IMG/VR virus record: IMGVR_UViG_3300048930_000242
Span: 32,001 to 96,000 of that record
Direction: 5' to 3' (one strand)
DNA from: a virus
Length of the DNA stretch: 64,000 bases
Both the position numbers and the translations under genes were made by a program. Shown one piece after another: positions 17,097 through 26,671 of the stretch. Numbering within the stretch: the stretch's first letter is position 1; each line of letters begins with the position of its first letter. The notes beneath the pieces were generated by a model that was not told the origin of the DNA, ran no database searches, and saw nothing but the letters and a program-made list of their open reading frames with translations.

Positions 17097-18341
17097 TTAG
17101 ACGGCGCGAACGATCAGGGAGAGATCAGTGACCGTGATGTTGGTCGCCGATGTATTGTTCGCAACGAAGACTTCGATGTACTCGTTTGGCGCGAGTTCAA
17201 CGGCAGTTTGCGCTCCGGCGTTTTCGGCCTTGCCGGTACCAGATGTCGTGATCAAGATCTTGGAGTCCGGCAGTGTGGACCCGCCTTTGGCAATATAGAC
17301 CGCAATGATATGGTTGTTGCCAGACTCGGCCGAAAGCGTTGCGGAGACCAAGAAAGTTCTGGTCTTCGATCCTGTGTATGTTAACCTACCGCTTGTAAAG
17401 TCAAACTTGCCCATCACTCCACCGGTAGTTGTGGCGTCGGCTTTCACCGGTGTAGATGGCGCGGCAATAACCGTTGCTGTGGCGTTTGCATGCCAATAGA
17501 TTTGACCAAGCACTCCGGAATTAGGCACTCCAGAGCAGTCGATGAACATCGACTCTGCGGCCGCAGCGGTGATACCGACAAGAGGAGTTCCGGCGCCTGT
17601 GAATGTGACAGAATCAAGAACAAAATTCTCGTCAGGAATGGATGCCCCGGCAATCACTTCAATGCCGGTTTTGCTTGCCGCGTCAAGAGTGAAACCAGAG
17701 TAAAGGATCTTAAATCTTGAAGAGATCACGGCGGTGGCGGCAAGCGTCAAGAAGGTGGAAGAAGCCTGCGGCTGGAACATACATCTGAAGAAAGTTGCAA
17801 CTCTCGTGGTGCCATCGATTACCAATTCAGCCGAATCGGCGAAGACGCAGTTATCGGCGACAATCATTCCGTAATTGAGAACGGTTCCAATCTCCGCCAC
17901 GGTGTCGAAATGCATTCCGTAAAGGGTCAATGAAGCGGCCGGGTTGAGGGTTGCGTCAAGAGCCAGAGCTGGCGCGCCAGCTGCAAGGTCGGCAATCTCA
18001 AAGTTTTGAAGTGTGAGATCTTGCTGGGCGGAGATCAACGGAGCGCCTGCGAGGCCGGTGCTCTTCAGAATCGAATTAGAGGCTGCATTGCCGGCGATCA
18101 CATTGCCTAGCCCACAAACCAATCTATTGCCGGCAAGATCCACTGTGCCGACTATGAAGTACGTTGTGTCGTTTGCCAGAGTGATTACATCTATGACCGG
18201 GTCTGGAAAATCCGCCAGTGCTTCTACATAGACGAGTTTGCTAGGTAGGGAAAGACCAGCACCAATAGCGTCGAATTCAGCACGAAGCGCGTTTACTTCT
18301 GCTCTATATGCTGAAAATCCATCAGATGCTCTAAGTGCCAT
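17097..18341 (-). CDS. Putative tail fibre/spike protein (beta-helix, C1q/TNF-like C-terminus)
   Basis: N-terminal 'SDGFSAYRAEVNAL' fibre-attachment-like motif; GRLTYTG...VELAPNEYIEVFV. Confidence 0.6.
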   Translation of the reverse strand: MALRASDGFSAYRAEVNALRAEFDAIGAGLSLPSKLVYVEALADFPDPVIDVITLANDTTYFIVGTVDLAGNRLVCGLGNVIAGNAASNSILKSTGLAGAPLISAQQDLTLQNFEIADLAAGAPALALDATLNPAASLTLYGMHFDTVAEIGTVLNYGMIVADNCVFADSAELVIDGTTRVATFFRCMFQPQASSTFLTLAATAVISSRFKILYSGFTLDAASKTGIEVIAGASIPDENFVLDSVTFTGAGTPLVGITAAAAESMFIDCSGVPNSGVLGQIYWHANATATVIAAPSTPVKADATTTGGVMGKFDFTSGRLTYTGSKTRTFLVSATLSAESGNNHIIAVYIAKGGSTLPDSKILITTSGTGKAENAGAQTAVELAPNEYIEVFVANNTSATNITVTDLSLIVRAV

Positions 18342-18361
18342 AAATTTCTTTTCCTAGTCTA

Positions 18362-19282
18362 TTATTGCTTGATGGTGTACGAAATGTAATCAATCCAAAG
18401 TCTCATATCACCACCAAGTGGAACCAGCGCATCGCCAGTAGACTTGAATCGGAGGAAATTGTTCAAGTCGGATGTCGCCGCCGCGAAATTGGTTGTGACA
18501 AACGAAGTAGCCAGAGTTCCATTGACATAGAAATTAACAACCGCGTTGGTGATTTCGATCTTTAGAGAAACTGCCTGCCAATTGGTGACATTTCCAAAGA
18601 CGCCTGGAGAAATGATTTGATCGAAGATCACCGCGCCGGTTGGCCAATTGTCATTTACGACAACGGCGCGAAGGACAGGAACAGCTAGCAGATCAGCAGT
18701 TGCCGGAGACTGAATCTCAAAGAATGCGCCACCTTCTAGTCTTGGGTCAGGCTGCGCGGCTGTGTCGGTTAAGTAGAATCTCCTGCTGAAGCCAAAATTC
18801 ACAGTCATCGGAATGGATTCGGCGACGCTGACATTTTGTAGAGCCAGTTTTGTTTCTCCAATCAGCGCTCGATTGTCGTTGCTTCCTGGAGGAGCAAATC
18901 CTTGCGACATTAGGCTCGACCAAACCTGCGAAGTGTCGTCATACACTCCGTGAGTTATAGCAAGAGCGCTCTGGTTAACACTTCTGGCTTTTGAAGTTGA
19001 TCCGCTCTGACCAGCCACGAATCTATAATCAGCCGATGGCTGATATTGAAATGGAGTCAATGAAGGATCGTACGGCTGATTCATTCTGGTAAAATGCTCA
19101 AGAACATATGTGTCCCCGATGATCGCTTCATTAACTTCAGGATCGATCAAATCAACGGCCGCGCCAAGCGCGTTAATCTTCTGGCGTTGGATTTCAAATG
19201 TGTCGGTTCTTTCAACCTGAGTGAATGCCATTGTGCTAAGTCCTAATCCTAGAATGAAAACGAGTTTGGAAATGAAGCTCAT
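18362..19282 (-). CDS. Putative fibre/lectin-like virion protein
   Basis: TDTFEIQRQKINAL motif; lectin-like VNFYVNGTL...LWIDYI. Confidence 0.6.
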   Translation of the reverse strand: MSFISKLVFILGLGLSTMAFTQVERTDTFEIQRQKINALGAAVDLIDPEVNEAIIGDTYVLEHFTRMNQPYDPSLTPFQYQPSADYRFVAGQSGSTSKARSVNQSALAITHGVYDDTSQVWSSLMSQGFAPPGSNDNRALIGETKLALQNVSVAESIPMTVNFGFSRRFYLTDTAAQPDPRLEGGAFFEIQSPATADLLAVPVLRAVVVNDNWPTGAVIFDQIISPGVFGNVTNWQAVSLKIEITNAVVNFYVNGTLATSFVTTNFAAATSDLNNFLRFKSTGDALVPLGGDMRLWIDYISYTIKQ

Positions 19283-19300
19283 GATAATGTTGACTCCTGG

Positions 19301-19537
19301 TTATGCTTCTGGTGGAGTGATTATGTCAATCACCTCGTTCAGCGCAATCACTTGACCCTGCAAATCTTGAACGATCTTAACAAGGTCTCGAATGGTCTCT
19401 TGTTCTTTCTGCCGCTCTTCTACCAGCTTTCTCCGGACCTGAGCTTGCTTGAAGCCTCTGGAGCCGGTGAATACAACGGCCCCAGAGTTCGGATCGCGGA
19501 ATGCTTCATAGGAGGATAGTTTGTTGAAGTCAGTCAT
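19301..19537 (-). CDS. Small coiled-coil protein typically following DUF4815/VrlC genes
   Basis: RDPNSGAVV motif plus coiled coil. Confidence 0.55.
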   Translation of the reverse strand: MTDFNKLSSYEAFRDPNSGAVVFTGSRGFKQAQVRRKLVEERQKEQETIRDLVKIVQDLQGQVIALNEVIDIITPPEA

Positions 19538-19539
19538 GG

Positions 19540-22500
19540 TCAGATCACCGCAATTGCACGAAGGTTCTTCACGATTGGCACGTCGATGGTGTTCTTGGAG
19601 TACATTTCGATCTTGATTGCGAAGGAAGTGAACTCTTCTGGAACGTCCGACGGCTTGTATTTGTACTCAACGAATCTGGTTCCGACCGAGATATTTGGGT
19701 TGACGTCTTCGTCAAGGACCATTTCTCTCCATTCAACTTCTTCACCAGCGGTGACCGGTGTTCCGATCTCTGCGTACGGAATATCTATCCAGGCCGATCC
19801 ACCGATAGCTGGCTCCATACCAGGAGCGTATTCGGTGAATGACGCGTTACGCTTCCAGAGGCGAGAAGCATGGAAGACATACTGAGGGAAGACGAATGTT
19901 CCACCAAGGCCGGAGGCATCGGCGTAATTGTCGATGGCATTCCAATCGTCTACTTTCTGAACACTCTGCGCCTCCATGTCCACGGCGGTTGCTTCATCGA
20001 CAAGGAAACTTCGATCGATATTAGACAAAGAAGGATCGCCTTCCATTTTGAACTTCGAGATGTCATTGATCGACTTGATATAGACTCTTGGAGTCTGCAC
20101 GTCGGTAACCAAGCAACGTGCTCTTGGGTTAGAGGAGCTGGTGAACGAAGGGACCAAGTTAGGATTCGTTCCGTTCGGGTTACCGACGATCTCAGAGGCG
20201 ATCTCACGGTAGATCAAACGGCAGGTCTTTCCAATCAGAGCCGTCGAAGTCACGGTAGAAGCGCCAATATCGAAATACGACGGAGTGATTACCGAAGTAC
20301 GATAATAGATCTTCAAGAGACTGTCATTAGGCAACTTGGCATCGACAAGGACCTTGAGGTCATCCGAAGGATTCACCAGATTGATCGCCTTGGTCACATA
20401 GGTTCCGGCGTCCCAAGCTGGTCCGAAATCGAATGCAGGCGCATCAATCAACGGAAGAGCTGGATCAGACAAATCGTAAGGCGAGGTCAAGTACCGACCG
20501 GTGATCAGTCTCATCTGCTGCTTGTCGATAACTGGGGTCAGAAGTGGATCGGTGGTTCCGAGAGCGATCTGGGCCGAGTAGTTACGACGGAGAGCGGTGT
20601 TTACATTGTTGTCTAGGCACTTCTCTTCGGTGAGGTAGACGAATTCCTTGTTGGTGATTGTCTGGAATCCAGAGCCAGATTCTCCATTATGGAAAGCCTG
20701 AGAATACTGAGCCGAAGTTCCAGGGAGAACCATTTCACCGACATTCAAGACCGACATAGAGACCTTAAGGGCTCCTGGGTTGTTCAATTGGTCTCCGTAG
20801 ACCTGATCTGGGAACGGATAGATTGAAGTGCCGGTCTGATTGATCGAACCATAACCCTCAGAAGAAGCTCCACCGACGTCAGTGACCTGATTCGAAGGAA
20901 GAGTCTTCTTGTCGCGAAGCACGACGGTAGAAGGAGCGGTCGCGAATCTGTGGCGGTAGATTCTGAACGTGATGTCGGACATCTGGTCCGGAGTCCAAGT
21001 CGTGGAGTTCTGCGACTTGAACAACGATCCAAGGTATGGCTGTTCGGCAATACCACGGCCGCCAGAGTTGGTTCCACGGAATGCGATCGTTGGGTCGATT
21101 CTTGGAAGGAAGCCGCCGTTGGTTTCGTTCTGAATGGTTGGCTGGTCCGACGGAATCTCAGTTGGGCGAATGTCGGTTTCACCGCCGGTTGAACGGAAAC
21201 GTTCCTGATTGAAAGCGGCCAAAGTGGCTTCGTTTTCAATTCCGAGGCTTCGATTTTCTTCCGGCGGAAGCGGAGTGATGATCTCACCGGTTCTTGCGTA
21301 GTAATCAAAGATGTCCTGTTCGCCGAGCGTGGAAATCCATGCTTCATACTTACGGCTGTTGGTGAACAGGACGAAAGCGTACTCGGTGTTGCCTTCCAAG
21401 TAAACTGGATCTCTGAAAGTGAATCTGGTTGCACCATCAGAAGGAATGGTTGCGCTGACATTACATTGCGCCGGCGACTTATAGGCCATCGAGAATGGAA
21501 CAATTCTGTTTGTAGGAGTTCCGTTCTCCATTTCGACAATGTAGATCGAGACGGCCTGATAATCGACACCATCAGAGAGTACTGGAATCTTCTTGAAGAA
21601 GACTTCAATCGACTCCAAGAAGCATCCATTTGGCTCTTCAATCAAGAACGACTGAGCGATCGGATCGCGCCACTGACGAGGACGAGACGGAACGGTCGCA
21701 CGGATCTCTGGGATGGTTGGAAGCCCACGGATGATGCTTGTGTTTCGAACCGAGGTAATGGTGCGCTGACGGGTCTGGATAGAACCATTGGCCGTGAACG
21801 TGGTCGAAGCCGAAGAAGCGTCCTCATCGTCGATGATCAAGAACTGCTTGGTTCCGGTTGGAATGACGCCAGGCGGCACTGTGAAAGTTCCAATGAACTC
21901 CCCGTCGTCAGAGACTCTTGGTCGACCTGCGCCGGCCGGATCTCCAGTAGGAGTCACGAACTCCGAAGACGAAGGGTAAAGGATAACCTCGTGATTGTCC
22001 AAGTAGCCTTTGACCGGAGCGCCTTGTCTCATTCCGCGTGCATGGACAGCAACCGGAATCGACCGCATGAATGGAGCGATGCTGGTCGCGATTACACGGT
22101 CATCGCCGACAGATGTAGTAGTAGTGGTGGTCGTGGAAGAAAGTCCGAGTTGGCTGGCGATCTGAGCCTGACGAACCGACCAAGCGGCCAACTCTTCTTC
22201 GAATCGAGCGTTAGCGGCATCCCATGCGGCGCCCCATCGACGTTCGACCTCATTGATCCATGCGACGCCGTTACCGAATCCGACAACCGGAGCGATAGAA
22301 GTTGGCATCGAGAATGTAGGAGCCGGCTCGAATGTGCCAGGAGGCGGCTGAATCAACACGGTGGTAGTTGTGGTGGTGCCTTCTTCTTGGTTGATGATGT
22401 CCGGAGCCCGATTGGTGTCAATCCAAGTGTCGACCGAAGGATCAAGCTCGACCGTGCCGTTCCATGTGTAGAACAGATATGGATTCAGGTTGACACCACC

Positions 22501-25500
22501 GGAGGCGTATTCATTCTTGATGAATACTTCCTGGGCTACCGAAGGAAGAGTGATCGTGTTGTCCCAAGTGGTTGGCTGAGACACGATGTCCATGTCCAAC
22601 GCATAGGTCGAGTTCGGGCAGATGATGCCTCCACCGAAGATCATCTCCACAGCAGCTCGGTATCCTAGATCGGTAGTGTCGCCGAACTGGTGGTTTCTGA
22701 ATGGATCGGCAAAGATACCGTTCTTGAACTTGTTGAATCCAGTGTTGGCGTCGATAATCTCCATGTCGTTGGCTCGAAGCTCGAGGAGAGACATCGACAC
22801 ATATTCTTCGAGGTTCGAGAGTCTCTTGTCCAGCGCTCCGATGTCCTTCATCGTGTAACGCTTGTTACAAATCTTGGTGACCTTCAGGTCTTTCTCGTTG
22901 AATGTGTACGGATTCAAAGAGACTGTGTAAAGGGTGACAGCATTCGAAGGCTCGTTCGGAAGGATTGGATTCCTTGCTCCGATACCCTTGACGACATTGA
23001 ACACGCCGGTTGAGGTCAAGACCACTCGGTCCTTGCGGCCAAGGTATGTCTCGATGTCTGTGCGGAATCGGGTGTTCGGCTGAAGCATGGTGCGGCCAGC
23101 GATCTCGCTCCTCTTCGAGCGGAAATCGATGCAGTTCACCATCTTATAGGTCTTTCCATTCGAAGCCTTGAAATTCGGAACCAGATCAAGGTCATTGGCC
23201 GAGAATGGGTAGGAATTGACGCAGAAGAATCCATGAGCGCCGGCCGAGTGATTGAAGTACTCGTAGGTAATCTCAAACTGTGTAGCTACACCAGTATTAG
23301 CGTAGGTGTCAAGGCGGTTCCAAGCGGTGATAGAACCGTTATCATAGAAGAAATCACGCTGGCCATTATCGAACTTAAGCTTCGCAATGTCGGCTTCGGT
23401 TAGGTTATATGGCGAAGTGTAATCGCTTCGGACATTGGTCATCTGACGAATGCCAACGATTCGTACGCAGTCTTCCTTGGCCAAAGTCAAAACCGCTCCG
23501 GAGTTCGGAATGAAGGCCGCTGGAGTCTCAACAAAGTTGTCCAGCGTCTTGGTGCGAACCGATCCTTCGGATTCGAGGACCTTCAGATAGGCGATGACAG
23601 GCCGTCCTGCATGAGACGCGTCGGTGGTGAGGACGATCGTAGCTGGATCGGACGCATTGTTGATAGTGACGGTTGGGTTTGTAACATGAACCCAGTTTCC
23701 ACCGTTATTCTCAATCAAAAGAGCGATGCCATCTTCAGCAGCGGTGAAGAATTCCTGATAGATGTTATCGGCCGTGAATGAGACTGCTCCGGCGCCGTTG
23801 AACACACCTTCCTTCTTCACCATATGGAGGTAGGAAGTTTCACCGGAGATCACATTCTTGAGAATGGTCGCTCCGTCAACTCCATAGACCAATGGGTCTC
23901 TGAAAGAACCACCAACCTTCGCGGTGCCTGCGATGTCCGATCCTCTGGACTCTTCGAAAGTCTTGACCACAATGACCGGTTCTGACGCGCCGGGTGCCGA
24001 AGAGGTCAGACGAAGGCTCTTCACCGAGCCTGCGTTATTCGCCAAAGAAGAAGAGGCGTCGGTGATGTAGATTCGCCATTCGTTTCCGTACTTCACCAGA
24101 GAGTGAACACGGCAAGTGCCGATGACTCTGGCCGTTGGGTCGGCTCTGGAAATAGAAGCACCGGTTGATCGGTCGACCGCGACATTATAGGCGGTCAATT
24201 CAATTCCAGCTTCAAGATTCATGTTCCTGAAAATCATTGGAGATCCAACAGGAACACCACCAGCGGCGGCCGAAGCGTTATCGACAATGAAGTAGGCGTG
24301 TTCGGAACCCTGGGCGTAGGTGTTATTCACCCCAATGTATTCTCTGGCCTTCTCTACGGTGACCGGAGTCGTGGTGAGCTTCTCGATCTCGTACCCAAGC
24401 ACGTAAGCCTTACCAGGGCCGAGATTATAGACCAAGTTGGCTCCGTCAAGAGCGCTTTCCGAAACTCCAAGAGAGAATTCTCTTACCGTGTAGTTGCCAG
24501 ATTCATCGTAGGTTCGACGAGCCAAAAGGTCGAGCAGTTTGGCATACTGGGTGTCTCTCTGGTCAAGAGTGATCTTACCATCTCTGGTTTCTACCAAAGA
24601 AGAGAACTTGGACAGCCACTGGTTGAATTCAGTCGTTGGGAATAGATTATCGCCCGGACTGTCCGGATCAGGAACATAGTTCAGATCGTAGAAATCAAGG
24701 ACCGGCATCACCTGATAGCGGTGAGCGCCAGGCGCTGCCTGATTATAGAATCCCTGAGCATTATCAAGGAGAGTCGCACCGAAATAAGGATCAGCTTCGG
24801 TGATCAGACGCTCGTCGAAACGGAACCCAATAGCGAATGCATTGGTGGCATGATCCTTACCTGGTCCAACGATGATTTCTTGAGACATCACCGAGACAAA
24901 ATTGCCGTCACGGTATACCACACCAGGCTCGCAAGAAGCCGACAAACCAAAGAAGAGATCGCCCTTGGCCTTAAGCACGGTTCCGCCGGAGCCTACAGCA
25001 TCGAAGTAAAGATTGTCGGTCTGGACTGGAGAGCCACCGAAAGTGAAGTAGAGAATCAAGTCCTCTTCATTAGGACCGGAAATCACAGCATGGGTGATAG
25101 TGAATGTCTTGGTGGCGACTCCGGATGCGCTGGTGTTCTGGCCAAGAGGGTCGACGTTATTGAACTTACGACCAATGAAGTCGCTAAGCGAATACATCGC
25201 ACCAGGATTCGATCCAACCAGTGGCGGCCCCAAGAAAGTTCCAGTCACACGGTCAACAAGGCGGTTATGGAAGACAGCGCCAGGCTTGCTTGTGTTCAGA
25301 TTGATCTTGGCTCCAAGCACAGGAGTTCCATTGCGGAACAAGTGATTGGACACCTGAGCGATCTGATTCTGGAGAATTGTCTGAGCCTGGGTCAATTCAC
25401 GTGCTTGAATTGGTCGTCCAGGAACCGAGAGGATTCTCAGAAAGTTCAACTCTGGGTTGAAATCATCGTTATATGGAGCACCTCTGGTTAGATCTTTATA

Positions 25501-25506
25501 GCTCAT
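19540..25506 (-). CDS. Large virion structural protein (VrlC/DUF4815-like)
   Basis: PYNDDF, PGRPIQARELTQAQTILQNQI, APGAHRY, LARRTYDESGNY, KRYTMKDIG.L.KR, DPIAQSF. Confidence 0.88.
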   Translation of the reverse strand: MSYKDLTRGAPYNDDFNPELNFLRILSVPGRPIQARELTQAQTILQNQIAQVSNHLFRNGTPVLGAKINLNTSKPGAVFHNRLVDRVTGTFLGPPLVGSNPGAMYSLSDFIGRKFNNVDPLGQNTSASGVATKTFTITHAVISGPNEEDLILYFTFGGSPVQTDNLYFDAVGSGGTVLKAKGDLFFGLSASCEPGVVYRDGNFVSVMSQEIIVGPGKDHATNAFAIGFRFDERLITEADPYFGATLLDNAQGFYNQAAPGAHRYQVMPVLDFYDLNYVPDPDSPGDNLFPTTEFNQWLSKFSSLVETRDGKITLDQRDTQYAKLLDLLARRTYDESGNYTVREFSLGVSESALDGANLVYNLGPGKAYVLGYEIEKLTTTPVTVEKAREYIGVNNTYAQGSEHAYFIVDNASAAAGGVPVGSPMIFRNMNLEAGIELTAYNVAVDRSTGASISRADPTARVIGTCRVHSLVKYGNEWRIYITDASSSLANNAGSVKSLRLTSSAPGASEPVIVVKTFEESRGSDIAGTAKVGGSFRDPLVYGVDGATILKNVISGETSYLHMVKKEGVFNGAGAVSFTADNIYQEFFTAAEDGIALLIENNGGNWVHVTNPTVTINNASDPATIVLTTDASHAGRPVIAYLKVLESEGSVRTKTLDNFVETPAAFIPNSGAVLTLAKEDCVRIVGIRQMTNVRSDYTSPYNLTEADIAKLKFDNGQRDFFYDNGSITAWNRLDTYANTGVATQFEITYEYFNHSAGAHGFFCVNSYPFSANDLDLVPNFKASNGKTYKMVNCIDFRSKRSEIAGRTMLQPNTRFRTDIETYLGRKDRVVLTSTGVFNVVKGIGARNPILPNEPSNAVTLYTVSLNPYTFNEKDLKVTKICNKRYTMKDIGALDKRLSNLEEYVSMSLLELRANDMEIIDANTGFNKFKNGIFADPFRNHQFGDTTDLGYRAAVEMIFGGGIICPNSTYALDMDIVSQPTTWDNTITLPSVAQEVFIKNEYASGGVNLNPYLFYTWNGTVELDPSVDTWIDTNRAPDIINQEEGTTTTTTVLIQPPPGTFEPAPTFSMPTSIAPVVGFGNGVAWINEVERRWGAAWDAANARFEEELAAWSVRQAQIASQLGLSSTTTTTTTSVGDDRVIATSIAPFMRSIPVAVHARGMRQGAPVKGYLDNHEVILYPSSSEFVTPTGDPAGAGRPRVSDDGEFIGTFTVPPGVIPTGTKQFLIIDDEDASSASTTFTANGSIQTRQRTITSVRNTSIIRGLPTIPEIRATVPSRPRQWRDPIAQSFLIEEPNGCFLESIEVFFKKIPVLSDGVDYQAVSIYIVEMENGTPTNRIVPFSMAYKSPAQCNVSATIPSDGATRFTFRDPVYLEGNTEYAFVLFTNSRKYEAWISTLGEQDIFDYYARTGEIITPLPPEENRSLGIENEATLAAFNQERFRSTGGETDIRPTEIPSDQPTIQNETNGGFLPRIDPTIAFRGTNSGGRGIAEQPYLGSLFKSQNSTTWTPDQMSDITFRIYRHRFATAPSTVVLRDKKTLPSNQVTDVGGASSEGYGSINQTGTSIYPFPDQVYGDQLNNPGALKVSMSVLNVGEMVLPGTSAQYSQAFHNGESGSGFQTITNKEFVYLTEEKCLDNNVNTALRRNYSAQIALGTTDPLLTPVIDKQQMRLITGRYLTSPYDLSDPALPLIDAPAFDFGPAWDAGTYVTKAINLVNPSDDLKVLVDAKLPNDSLLKIYYRTSVITPSYFDIGASTVTSTALIGKTCRLIYREIASEIVGNPNGTNPNLVPSFTSSSNPRARCLVTDVQTPRVYIKSINDISKFKMEGDPSLSNIDRSFLVDEATAVDMEAQSVQKVDDWNAIDNYADASGLGGTFVFPQYVFHASRLWKRNASFTEYAPGMEPAIGGSAWIDIPYAEIGTPVTAGEEVEWREMVLDEDVNPNISVGTRFVEYKYKPSDVPEEFTSFAIKIEMYSKNTIDVPIVKNLRAIAVI

Positions 25507-25518
25507 TTTGATTCCTGT

Positions 25519-26637
25519 TTAGAATACAAAGATTGTCTTGAACTCTTCAGTCTGATTCTCTTCTCGAGTAATCGGGCTTCTGTTTTCAAGATAGATGATG
25601 TCACCAATGAATGGTTCGAGCTGGTTTGCTACCAGATTGATCGAATTGGCCTGATAATAGATCGGTGCGGCGGCTCTTGTGAATGTACCAGCAAGGCAAG
25701 GATTTTTGACCAGAGCTACCTGTCTGTATCTAAGGCCTGCTGGAAGCAGCCCAGACACAGCATCGCCGGCGGTCAACTCAGAGCGGATAATGACATGGCG
25801 TGCTCCGAGTAGCGAATACGCGTCATCACGGCCACGATCTCTTTCCAGGAGAGCGGTCTGAGAGCCAGTCGGCCAGAGTGAATCGTTGGTGCATGGAACT
25901 GGAATCCAATCATCAAGAAGGAGAGTGTTAATCAAAGTTGCTGTGAGCTTGAACATGTACTTCCATACATATCCATCTCCGGTGGTTGGAGAGCCGAAAA
26001 TCGAGGTCTTTCCGTCACGGAAATAAGACGTGTCGGCTGTCAAACCGCCGGCGGCCAAAGAAGGCTGAATTGTGGACGTTGTCGCCACGATTTCCGGAGG
26101 TCCAAGACCTGGATCGGCTCCCTTCGCCACACAGAGCCAAACTTCTTCGTCAGAGTTCAAGATATAGAAGTCGTTGTCCGGTGGATTGACATCGTACCAA
26201 GTGTTTCCAACCACTCCATCGGCTGGACGAACATTATAGACGGTGCCGGTGACCCAATTGATTCTCGGAATCATCAGGTGAATATCAGACGGGGTCACCT
26301 TCTTTGCCGCAATAGCGGTCGCCCAGAAGCGATTGGCCATCTGAATAGACTTGGTGGCGGTTGGTGGCTCGTCATCGCTATTGCCATCGTCGGTCAAATA
26401 CAGACCACTTCCCCAGATTCCATCTCCAGCGGCGTATGCTCCGGAGAGAGTCCATTTTCCGTTGGTGAGTTCATTCAACTTCAAACCAGTTGGGTCGTCT
26501 TCACGGCCAATCATGGTGTAAAGGTGATTGTCCTTGCTCGTGTCTCCGAGGCCGGAATTGTTGGCCCGGAACTGATTCACGAAGGCGTAGGCTCTCTCGG
26601 AGCGAAGCTCGTGGCGGGCGATAGCATTAGATGGCAT
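25519..26637 (-). CDS. gp8: Baseplate wedge subunit gp8-like
   Basis: IPRINW, DGYVWKYMF, YRQVALVKNP, GDIIYLENRSPITR..NQTE. Confidence 0.88.
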   Translation of the reverse strand: MPSNAIARHELRSERAYAFVNQFRANNSGLGDTSKDNHLYTMIGREDDPTGLKLNELTNGKWTLSGAYAAGDGIWGSGLYLTDDGNSDDEPPTATKSIQMANRFWATAIAAKKVTPSDIHLMIPRINWVTGTVYNVRPADGVVGNTWYDVNPPDNDFYILNSDEEVWLCVAKGADPGLGPPEIVATTSTIQPSLAAGGLTADTSYFRDGKTSIFGSPTTGDGYVWKYMFKLTATLINTLLLDDWIPVPCTNDSLWPTGSQTALLERDRGRDDAYSLLGARHVIIRSELTAGDAVSGLLPAGLRYRQVALVKNPCLAGTFTRAAAPIYYQANSINLVANQLEPFIGDIIYLENRSPITREENQTEEFKTIFVF

Positions 26638-26663
26638 TGTTTAGACTCTCCGAATGTATGAAA

Positions 26664-26671
26664 TATCTATT
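26664..26671 (-). promoter_or_regulatory. Putative late promoter AATAGATA
   Basis: Upstream of gp8. Confidence 0.55.
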
